From Welwitschia mirabilis (Eukaryota), in the NCBI GenBank assembly GCA_051453625.1, contig JBOZIK010000001.1, positions 18,578,450 through 18,598,449 of the forward strand: 20,000 bases of DNA. The letters run 5' to 3'. A model generated the notes under the pieces. The model saw only the letters and a list, made by a program, of their open reading frames with translations. It searched no databases and had not been told where the DNA came from. The position numbers were made by a program, and so were the translations under genes. This document shows, one piece after another, positions 10,695 through 20,000 of the stretch (position 1 is the first letter of the stretch; every line of letters begins with the position of its first letter).

Positions 10695-11920
10695 AGCTCC
10701 TTAGTTTGTAGGCATAGCCAATTTTTTAGAAAGCAAGAAACTACTTCCTTACCTAATCTATTATAATTAAAAGGGATCAGTAACAGAAGAAAAAGATTAT
10801 ATATAAGAAAACAAGATTCTTTTTAAATTATGGAAGGATGGTAGTATTAGAAGGTATTTAGGTGAATTTGATTAGAAGAAATTACTATAAACTTTCTATA
10901 CAAAAGAAGAAGAAGATCATTAGGGAGGGAAAAGAATAGCTATGAAATTATTGTATGCAAGATATTATTGGCCTATCTTATTTAGAGATTCTTTTAGTCA
11001 TACTAGGAGCTATGCCAAATGTTAAAAGAAAAAATCTTGGTTAAAAAATAATAGAGATAACCCAACAATGGATCCAAGCTTTAGAACCTTTTGATGTATG
11101 GAGAATAGATTTTATTAAACCCATCAATCCAAAATCTTATGAAAAAGGAGTATATTTTTATTTGTGTGGATTATTTAACTAAATGAGCTAAAGCTAAGGC
11201 TATTCCTAATTATTCCACTAAAACAATAGTAAAATTTCTATCTAGAAACATCTTCCATAGATTTAGTAGAGTCTTGTATCAGATAGGAAAACCATTTTAC
11301 TAGTAAAGCTATTTCCAAAGTTTTACCTAGGTATGGAGTTCATCATAAACTCTCTTCTACTTATTACCCTTAATCAAACAGTTAAGCTGAGGTTAAAAAC
11401 CAAGAATTAAATAGAATTCTAACTAAAACCATAAACACTAAAATAACTGATTAGGCATAAACATTTATTGAACAATTATAGGCTTACAGGATAACTTGGA
11501 AGAATAGTATAGGTCTTACACCTTATGAGTTAGTTTATAGCAAGAAAAAAACTTTATCAGTCAAATTAAAATTAACATTCTATAACCTAGCTAAATAACT
11601 AAACTATGATTTAGATAAAGCTTAAAAAAAGGAATAAATTAGATGAAGATAGAAGAGAAGCCTTGACAAGGAAGGAATAAATCTAAGGACAAGTAAAACC
11701 TTGGAATGTTCATAACATCAAGATAATTGATTTTAAAATTGGGAATAAAGTATTGGTTTTTTAAGCCTAAATATATATCTTTTAAACAACAATATAATAA
11801 AAAATGGATTGATCCATGATCATTAATTCAAAAAACCTATTAAATGGAGTAATGAAAGTATTTAATAATGAAACTAAATAGACATACCAAGTAATTGACC
11901 ATAGGATTAAAAGTTATACA
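10695..11920 (+). pseudogene. gypsy integrase relic
   Basis: DH*GGKRIAMKLL..YYWPILFRD, EPFDVWRIDFIKP, VDYLTK*AKA, YYP*SNS*AEVKN, L*AYRITWK..IGLTPYELVY and the terminal QVIDHRIKSY (cf. FKVNGHRLKxY) at ~11888-11918. Confidence 0.93.
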
Positions 11921-12857
11921 AAGGAAATATCACTTTTAGATGTAATTGGACAACCTTAGAGGGTGAAAAGAATTCTACTCATGCATCTCTCTTCATAATT
12001 CACTTTAAATAATATTAAAAAATTAGCCATGCAATAAGACTTGTTCTTTGAAAAAAAAAATGAATGTTATTCAAATTATACAATATTCAGTGATAGGTGA
12101 AATTTGCATCTAATAAACTAGTAAGACTTCAAGAAAGAAGAAGTTAGAAAAAATGGAATAACTAGTTGATTGAAGAAAAAGAAAAGTAGTTATGTAATTA
12201 TTTATTTTATTTGTTAAAAAGAGAAAAGAAAAAGAACAAAAAAAGAACATATTTTACAATGTTGTATCACAAGTATACTGAGGTAAGTATTCTTAAGAGG
12301 AGGCTTTGGTAGTGTAATACGATAGCTCTAAGAACTCCACAAAGGAAGTAGTAGTTCATGATCTAAGTACATAACGTTGTGGATCTTTATTCCTATGACT
12401 ATGATCGCACTCTTCTCATTACCACTATTTGTTTTTAATGTTAATAAAGGCACTTTGATTTAAACTCATGAAGAGAAAATTATCCCTCAAAAGTCATCTA
12501 GGAATGGTTAGTTATCAATATTTTCTTCAAACCAAGTGAGCCTCAAGAATTATAAATGTTGCACAAGTACTATTTTTTTCTTTCAACATTTAAGATATTT
12601 AAATAAATATATCTTTCTTTTATTTATCCTAAAGCAATAAATTCTAATGAGAAAAAAGAACTGACATTCAAATAGTTGTTGCAATTTTAAAATAATAGAA
12701 ATGAGTACTAAAACAAAATTCAACTAATGCCTATTAATAAAACATCTTATTTAAGAATATAATAAATAGTAGCCTTCATATTTAAAAATAAAATAATTTA
12801 ACAAAGCATTAGTACTTTGAAAAAAAAGGGGAAAAATAATAATGATAAAATAATAAC

Positions 12858-13670
12858 ATGACTTGAGTAAAATCAGTTAAACTTAAGTTCCAGAGACTTG
12901 AATAAAACCATCCCTTAAACTTGTTTTTCCTCCTAGACGTCCTTTAGCTAGAAGTCTATATTACTAGGAGTGAATTCAAATAATGTAGGAAGTTAGTTAA
13001 AACACCTATTTCTTTAGTATAGAAATTCCATAATTTCTAGTATGATGAATCATCCTATGGACTCCATTTCCTTAGATGATCTTCATCAAAATAGAGTACT
13101 GAGAGACTTAGGACTAATTTATTATCTTCAGTTTAATGAATCATTTTCTCTAACTTTTGTATTTAACTTGCAAATCACCCTAGAAACACATTATACCTAT
13201 TTACTTCATCGGTTAGGATAGAACTCGACTTAGCAACCCAAATTATCAAGTATTTAATTACTAAATGATGAACTATAGAATCATATCAAGGATGAATTTC
13301 CTCATGACTAAAATAATTTCTACCATTTTCATGAAGTATTTCATCTAATTCAGAAAGCACTTGAGAAACTAAACTATAAGAAGGACGATTAGGGATATAA
13401 ACATTGTAAATAGTGACTTGAGGGAAGATTTCATCTAAACCTATTATGTTCATCTCTATTTAGATGTTTCCTAAGCTAAAAAGGCAATGTTTGAATTTAT
13501 TAACCAAAGGAGAAGTAACAAAAGTGGTTAACAAATTTCCAAAGTTGAAAGCCATCTTTTGTTTAGATTTCTATAAAAATTAAGTACAAGTAATAAGACT
13601 TAATGATGAAATAATTAGAGAATTATAGAATATAAATATAATGAAAATGATAGAGGAAAGTAGTGCTTAA
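12858..13670 (+). pseudogene. Putative extra ORF relic (~270 codons, unknown product) downstream of pol
   Basis: ATG at 12858 follows an AT-rich spacer. A protein-like translation can be read through stops and frameshifts (..RVLRDLGLIYYLQFNESF..FHEVFHLIQKALEKL..VIRLNDEIIREL*NINIMKMIEESSA*) to TAA at 13668-13670. No family recognised. Confidence 0.35.
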
Positions 13671-14023
13671 TTATTAGCTTGAGTAAAATAAAGGCATACC
13701 TGCTTTTCTAACTTACTTCTTAGTAAGAAGAAATCTATTTGATCTATAGAATCCTAGGTTAAACTTTGCTTTTTCTAATCAAATTAACTAAACAATTGTA
13801 GAATATTTTCTATTTTTACATTTGTTGTAACTCATACTAGCAATCCCAAAGAGCCACTTTGAGTAATTCCCAAAAGGGCCTTGGAATTATCCTTTTCTAA
13901 TGTATTGAAGAGTACATGTTATCTATCAAAGGCTCCTTCAATAGATGAATCAACCCCCTTTAATAGTTGTCCTTATAAATAGATTGTTTTCTTTATCCTT
14001 TATCCTTTCATTTTTACTTTAAG

Positions 14024-14622
14024 TGGGAGGTCGAAGACCCTTTTTGAATAATAAGTTATTATTCAAAAACCCTCTTCCATCTCTGCTAAACGCTAAGTTA
14101 AAAACAATGATGAAATGAATTTTTCTATCATTGCTTCCTAATTTATTGCCTTACTTCTTAGCCCCTTTAATTTTCTCAATATCACCTTTGAAAATCATCT
14201 AGAATTGATATGACAAGATTTATGACATTTGTAAAACACTCCTTTGAAAAATAACATCACCCCTTCGATTTTATAGAAGATAAAGGTAAGATGAGAGGAA
14301 TCAAATTAATGTCTACTTTTCTAGGGGAGCTCAACTAAGGCTTCTTAAAGATCCCCTTTAACTAATGATTTCTTACTTAAAGACCTCTTTAAGCTTAGAA
14401 CTTATTTAAGCATCCCTTTAAGTAAGTGTTTATTACTTGAAGAGCCCTTTCAAAAAAATCCTACTAATAAAAGTTTTCGAATGGGAATTTGAAGACTCCT
14501 TTGCATAACAAGTTGTTATTCAAAGAATCTTTTCAAACTCTATCTAAGTAATAAGTGATTAAATAATCTTTTATAGAGTATCTGGATAAAATCCCTTTCA
14601 ATGATTTTGAAATCCCATTTAA
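14024..14622. repeat. Degenerate array of TRAAGAYCCYTTT-like motifs (~30-bp period)
   Basis: Motif copies lie at ~14033, 14063, 14346, 14378, 14408, 14438, 14490, 14520, 14588 and 14608. A longer block at 14024-14103 resembles 14482-14563. Confidence 0.65.
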
Positions 14623-14959
14623 TAAGGGATATAGCAAATTAAATTTTAACACATATACCTTGAGCTTAGAAAATCTATAAAAGTAATGTCACATTAAGTA
14701 ACTTATTTATTTGAAACTTGTTTTTGTTATGTATTTTCAATGTTGTTTTTGAGTAACTCTCTCCCTTACTTAGAAATCTACATGGAGGCCTCATCAGTAG
14801 TATCCTTATTAGGTTAGATTATCTTTATCTACATATTTGTATTAAAAGGAACATTTAAGTATATATTATTTTTAGAATAATCAAAAGTTACACATTTAGT
14901 TTATTTTTATAGGCATATTTATTTCTCTTTTAGTAAAGGGTGAGCACTTAAAGTTGGAA

Positions 14960-15610
14960 GTTCTTATATGAACTTTTATATGAAAAAGAAATTGAACTCC
15001 AAGGCTAACCCTTGAAAATTTCTATAGAAGTTAAAGTTATTCCTAATGCAAATTTTGAAAAACTTATTTATGACCCTGGTTTCACAAGGCTTAAATATAA
15101 AATTATTGAGTTAAACTTATGGGATTGGTTCATCCTCTTAGAAAAATATACTAATAAGAAGGTGTTTGCATTTTATAGAAAGATGTCTTTTTTAAAGAAG
15201 TAGACAACACTATGGACAATGGTCAACAATGTGCCATTTCAAATTTCAATGAGTAGGTTTACCACCAAATGGTAGATTTTTATTAGAAACATATAGAAAA
15301 GATAATATCACTTTGTATATGAAACATTTTTGTAGTATTACGAATAAATACAAGTGAGTAGATATCAATAAAGTAAGGGATCCTAATGCTTTTGTTATCT
15401 AAATAATAATCAACAAACAGAAAGAACTGAGTGTTCAGGAGTTTATTTGATGAACGTTATTCAAGGTGTTTTGAGTGGAAATATTAATATGGGTTAAATT
15501 ATTTTCTAATACCTTTGTAAATCATTCTTTAGAATTAGAAATATCACTAAACTCATGAAAGTCGGTTTGGAATTCCCTTCCTTACTAAAAAGAAATTTTT
15601 TATTGAAAAA
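14960..15610 (+). pseudogene. Athila env-like / putative plant transposon protein (Transposase_32, PF20167-like) relic
   Basis: LWDWFILLEKYTNKKVFAFYRKM..TTLWTMVNNVPFQIS matches the W..F...V.EFY.N...V.G..V motif. GNINMG*IIF*YL...LEFPSLL matches INVG.II...L.FPSLI. The location between INT and PPT is typical. Confidence 0.65.
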
Positions 15611-16139
15611 TTTTTCACAATTTTTTTCCATAAATAAAAATAGTATGGAACTATCTGTTATGTTATTGTTCAGAGTAAAAACATTAGCAGCATTTATTTT
15701 TTACTAGCATAGACGAAAAAACTTCATTCAGTCAACCAGTGTCTTAGCAAAAATGCAACCTTCAAAATCAATAGGGGACTCAATAGATTTATTCACTTTA
15801 CAATAACTTGGGTTCCAGAAAGGGGGAACACGTTTACTAACTTGTTAGAAGATGATAAGGTGGATTCTTTGTATTCTTCGATAAATTCTTTAACAAATTT
15901 CCTTTTAGAAAAAAATTCAAATTTAAGAAAAAAGTTCTATTCTCAAGAAAAGGGTTAAATTTTTAGAGATCAAAATTAAATTTTCTAAGGATAAAATTTC
16001 TTTTTGGTAGGAAGAGCACAATAAGGCTAGGGAAGAGAGATAACATTTAGAAAATAAATTTATGTCTTACTTTTATTCCCTAAAGGTATATGGGTTCTTT
16101 TTGTAGAGCACTTAGATTAGAGTTAAGGCTATGGAGTAA

Positions 16140-17180
16140 GCTCAAATCAAGTAGAAGAGAATAGAAATGCAAGAAAGAGAGAGATCACTTTCCTCAAAGA
16201 AAAATTGGAATCATATCTATAGCCATCTTCTTAGTATGATAATTCTTTACTTGAAGAAAGTTTTGTAAAAGTGGTTCAAAGTGAAATGGCTAAAAATTTA
16301 GAAAAATTTCAACAATCATCTTTTCATCAAGCATTATAAGTAGATATAAGGGTAATTAGCCATTAAGTTTTTGATTCTATTAAAGAAGTTTTGATTTGTT
16401 TTAGTGAAATAGATTTAATCAAAAAATGTAAAAATGAAAAGAAAAAGTTATTAAATGAAAATTGATTATTAGAAATTCAATTATAGAAGAGAATAGGATT
16501 TGGACATAAGGAACTATAGGTTGCTCAAAGCATGCACTTCTATTCCCAAAAACATTATGATTATTTTGGTAATGTGAAAATATCATTAGTGAAATAGGAT
16601 AAAAAACAGGAGGAGGATGGGAGAGATTAGCTCAAGTCTTTGACCAAGATTTAGAAGAAATAGATAATGCTAAGACTAAGGCTACTAAGCGACAACATCA
16701 AAAAGTAGCCAATAAACTCCTTCATTTGTGTGAGGGAATTAAGAAGAACATTTATGTTTTTTGCAATTTCTGGGCAGGATTTAAATTAGTTAAAAGACCA
16801 AAGAGGACAACTCCTAGACTACATGAGATTGCTAAGAGGAATCTTTACAGATATCTCCTCCAAGATGAAGGAAGGCAAAGGTGTCTGTACAAGTATTTTT
16901 GAGAGATTCTCAAGACTAGATGAAGTAGAAAACCCCTTCCCTCTAAGACTTTAGAATTAACAAAACTTCCAACTATCAAAAAGGGAAAGTAGCTTAATTG
17001 GGAGTGCCTAAATTGGCTTTATCTCAATAGGAGGATTTGAATTTGAATAATCCTATCCTTTTAAAGAAATAGGTATAAACTACAAGATAGTTGGAAGAGC
17101 TGAAGGAATCATAGGCTAAAGAGAAACTGAAATTAGTGAAAAGAAGCAAAAAAACAAAGGAAATAAATTATCATATGATT
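16140..17180 (+). pseudogene. Putative coiled-coil-rich ORF relic before the PPT, unknown product
   Basis: Long, mostly single-frame translation broken by stops: REITFLKEKLES..VVQSEMAKNLEKFQQ..KNEKKKLLNEN*LLEIQL. After a shift it continues GGWERLAQVFDQDLEEID..VFCNFWAGF..LYRYLLQD..LNWECLNWLY. Confidence 0.5.
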
Positions 17181-17235
17181 TTGAATTTTGTTTTATGAAT
17201 GAGAATATGTATTTTATTTAAGGACTAATAAAAGT

Positions 17236-17252
17236 TTAAGTATGGGAGAAAA
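17236..17252 (+). promoter_or_regulatory. Polypurine tract (Athila-type)
   Basis: TTAAGTATGGGAGAAAA lies directly before the 3' LTR TGAT and is preceded by TTTAAGGACTAATAAAAG. This resembles the Athila TGAGGACA...TAAGTNTGGGGG context. Confidence 0.85.
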
Positions 17253-17646
17253 TGATAAGCAAAAAATGTTTGTAAATATTACTTACTTTTTTTAATTAAG
17301 AATGAATGAAATGGCAAATATTTAGTGTTATATTCTATAACAGGCCTTCATATCATATCATCATCATCATCATTATACATGTAACTAACTTTGTTTTTTC
17401 AAGGTAATAATTTAAATGCATAAGAAATGGGGAGTACTAATAAGAAAGGAGAAACAATTGAAATAATATTATAGATGACATGGAAAGGTGAGAGTATCAG
17501 CAAATGCAAGAAGATCTATTAGGAATACTGGGATAGGTAGCATAAGGAAGAGGAGATAAATAGCTAAGCTATTACATATAAATATGCGTTACAAAGAGAG
17601 AACTTAGGGATCTTTAGGAACTCCAAAAAAATCTTGAAAAAGGTTC
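17253..17646 (+). repeat. 3' LTR, truncated (~395 bp)
   Basis: Aligns with 5917-~6275 (shared blocks include TATAACAGGCCTTCAT, AGATGACATG, AAAGGTGAGAGTA, AAGGAAGAGGAGAT and AATCTTGAAAA). Similarity then stops abruptly. Confidence 0.9.
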
Positions 17647-17879
17647 TTATAATGCCAAATTGTATTAGGTTGGCCTCCCATCTTTTATGAACTCTAACTA
17701 TTTTGGTCCAAATGAAAGCAAACAAACTATAACAATGCAATTTTCTAAAGTAATTAGAATCCTTAAAGTTGGGACCATCAAATGACAAGCATACCAGAGG
17801 GAATGATGTTAACATGTATGGCCTTTGCCATTATCTAGTACCCCTCTATCAAAATATGAGGTTTGAACCCTTTTGGGCT

Positions 17880-18260
17880 TAATACTGCTACATAATCTGG
17901 ATGCAGTATCCTCATGGTGTCCTTTCTCTCCACAAAGGTATGCACCAAGCAAAGAAAAGTCAAGCTTTTACGTATCATCCCTAGCCCACATGCTATAATG
18001 TAAACTCCAATTTTAATGTGGATGCCAGATAGTGAATATCAAGAAGTCTTTTATCACTCTCCCTTGATTTTCCAATGTTCAATCTAATTTTTCTATCAAA
18101 AAATTTGCCCCTCTACAACTACAATCTACTTCCAACGCATTGCATTAATCTTGTTCATCCTAGGGCTATCAATTTGTGTCAAAACTTGTTGAAAAGATTT
18201 TCTACCAAAAATTGTGCCTTACTAATGGCATATTTTTCTATTTCCTCCACCTTGCTATGA
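17880..18260 (-). pseudogene. Possible LINE ORF1 (DUF4283/CCHC knuckle) relic
   Basis: The minus frame gives LENQGRVIKDFLIFTIWHPH*NWSLHYSMWAR and KLDFSLLGAYLCGEKGHHEDT. A full CX2CX4HX4C (17903-17944) needs two compensating 1-nt indels. Weak. Confidence 0.25.
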
Positions 18261-18649
18261 AAAATACACAATAGAAAAGTAATAAAACCATACTTACACA
18301 GAGGGGAGTAGATCGCGGGTCGTTTTTTGGTTTTGGAGATTCCAGATTGCCAGATCACTCCGGAGCGTATTACGGATTGCTCTGGATCACAAACATTAAA
18401 AAATAAAAATAAATATATTTTTATTTTTTAAAACATATAGTTCCAATTGTGTTGATAATAACTTGCAAAATTATAATGTCAACTTTCAATACTATGATTA
18501 ATTTCAAATAGAGGCGCATAGGTAATTGAGCATTATACTCGTGCTATTTAGGTGCAAGTGCCATCGTACATAAAAGTCAATAATTCAAAATATCAAAATT
18601 ACATATTCAACTATGCAAAGTTGCAAACTACAAAGTACAAAACTACAAA

Positions 18650-20000
18650 TCAGGGTCTAGATGCTTTTCCTCCACGAGTTCCACGCTTAGACTTTTGAAT
18701 AAGCCTTGTTTCTTTTGATGCAATGGCTTGGTCCTCTACAATGCTTTTCTCAAGAAAATCAATATCAGAAGGACATATATCTGGCTGACTAGTAGCTACT
18801 CTAGAACTCATAAGATAGCGAGAAGGGTTGCGAAGGCTGCTGCTAGTAGAATGATCAGGATCAACTGAAGTTTCATTTGGCACATCTAAAATCCACTCCA
18901 TGATTGCTGAAATCTATGGTCATCATCAAGCATTTCTACAAGGGCATCCAAGTCCATGTTGTCATTTTCTGTGGAAATGGAAACTCTGAATCTAATTTTC
19001 ATATTATAGTAGACGTAGACAAGTTTATCCAATCACTGCATGGTTAGCTTTGTTCACTTCTTTGTGTAGATATGCTCAAAGGCACTCCAATTTCGCTCAC
19101 ATCCTGAAGCACTGCAAGGTTCACTGAATGTTTTCAATGCCAGTTTCCTTAGCTCAAGAGTGGAAGTGCCCCATAGCTCCTACCATTGATCTACAAAACA
19201 GTGAAAAACGAAAATACGAAATTACAAAATTACAAGTTATTAAAAGAAAAGTAGAAACCAAGAAATCAAAAAAGTTAATAATAATTAATAAGAGAGAATA
19301 AAAACAATGATCTAGCCTGCAGATATGGTGTGGATCTGTCTTTAAGCAAGAGGCTTGTTAAATAAAACTCCTTCTTTTTTCACAAATTGGCAAAGTTGTT
19401 TGCATATAAGCTCTTGCTTGTCCAAGTCAGGAACTAACTTCTCCAATGTATCATGGAATCCAAGACTAATTTCTGTATCTGGTTTATATTCAACACCTTC
19501 TTTTGCATAAACACTTCTTTTGCATAAACAAATCTTGGGTTAAGATGGTGTGCTGCTACATACATTGGTCTATGAAGCTGGTTGTTCCATCTTCGATCAA
19601 TAATATCCCAAATTGGCTTGTACTTGCCCCTGTCATTATTGTAAAAGTNNNNNNNNNNNNNNNNNNNNNNNNNNNNNNNNNNNNNNNNNNNNNNNNNNNN
19701 NNNNNNNNNNNNNNNNNNNNNNNNNNNNNNNNNNNNNNNNNNNNNNNNCATATAAGCTCTTACTCGTCCAACTCAGGAACTAACTTCTCCAATGTATCAT
19801 GGAATCCAAGACTAATTTCTATATCTGGTTCATATTCGACACCTTCTTTTGCATAAACAAATCTTGGGTTAAGATGATGTGCTGCTGCATGCATTGGTCT
19901 ATGAAGGTTGTTATTCCATCTTCGATCAATAATATCCCAAATTGGCTTGTACTTGCCCCTGTCATTATTGTAAAAGTTTGCACTTGCCTCCTTTGCTATG
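18650..20000 (-). pseudogene. hAT transposase pseudogene, C-terminal dimerisation domain, with one intron (19191-19316)
   Basis: IWDIIDRRWNNQLHRPMYVAAHHLNPRF. After the intron it reads DQW*ELWGTSTLELRKLALKTFSEPCSASGCERNWSAFEHIYTKK*TKLTMQ*LDKLVYVYYNMK. A frameshift leads to the tail ORF 18650-18901. Confidence 0.95.
19649..19748. other. Assembly gap (100 N) flanked by duplicated sequence
   Basis: Exactly 100 N. 19403-19648 is repeated at 19749-19977. Confidence 0.97.

Larger units (their letters stand above)
5917..17646 (+). mobile_element. Old Ty3/gypsy LTR retrotransposon, Athila-like (non-chromovirus), 3' LTR truncated
   Basis: Two homologous LTR starts (TGATAAG at 5917 and 17253), a PBS, gag-PR-RT-RH-INT order, an Athila-type PPT and an env-like ORF. 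I saw no chromodomain or additional RNase H. Confidence 0.92.
18299..20000 (-). mobile_element. hAT-superfamily DNA transposon, 3' part (runs off window end)
   Basis: hAT transposase C-terminus, plus a candidate terminus CAGAGGGGAGTAGATCGCGG at 18299 followed by CpG-containing GGATCGC-like subterminal repeats (18310-18390). The terminus is inferred because only one end is visible. Confidence 0.85.

Noticed and set aside
14024..14622. CRISPR-like repeat-spacer array or peptide-repeat (EDPF) gene
   Set aside because: The repeats are short, degenerate and irregularly spaced in a plant retrotransposon with no cas genes, and the spacing does not keep a reading frame.
11920..14700. Ribozyme or other structured ncRNA in the gypsy non-coding region
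   Set aside because: No hammerhead core (CTGANGA...GAAA with closing stems) or long stems were found by eye. An Infernal/Rfam scan would be needed to exclude one.
17564..18260. ORFs 17564-17815 and 18075-18260 as genes
   Set aside because: Short, with no recognisable motifs. The first runs into the LTR across a junction.
19503..19856. 117-aa plus-strand ORF
   Set aside because: Antisense to the hAT transposase and crosses the 100-N gap.

Overview
AT-rich plant genomic scaffold (three N gaps) made almost entirely of decayed, nested transposable elements, with no host gene, RNA gene or CRISPR array detected. From left to right: (1) an LTR-like segment (1-~1018); (2) a degenerate Ty1/copia gag-PR-INT-RT-RH on the minus strand (1734-~5830); (3) an old Athila-like Ty3/gypsy element on the plus strand (5917-~17646), with a 947-bp 5' LTR, a tRNA-Asn-like PBS, gag-PR-RT-RH-INT, a 5.3-kb post-pol region, an Athila-type PPT and a truncated 3' LTR; (4) a possible LINE ORF1 relic; (5) the 3' end of an intron-containing hAT transposon (18299-20000, transposase on the minus strand). 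The least explained part is the gypsy post-pol region. It holds an env-like/Transposase_32-type ORF relic, two further ORF relics I do not recognise, splice-like signals and a degenerate ~30-bp repeat array. All domain calls come from manual translation and motif recognition, and no searches were run.
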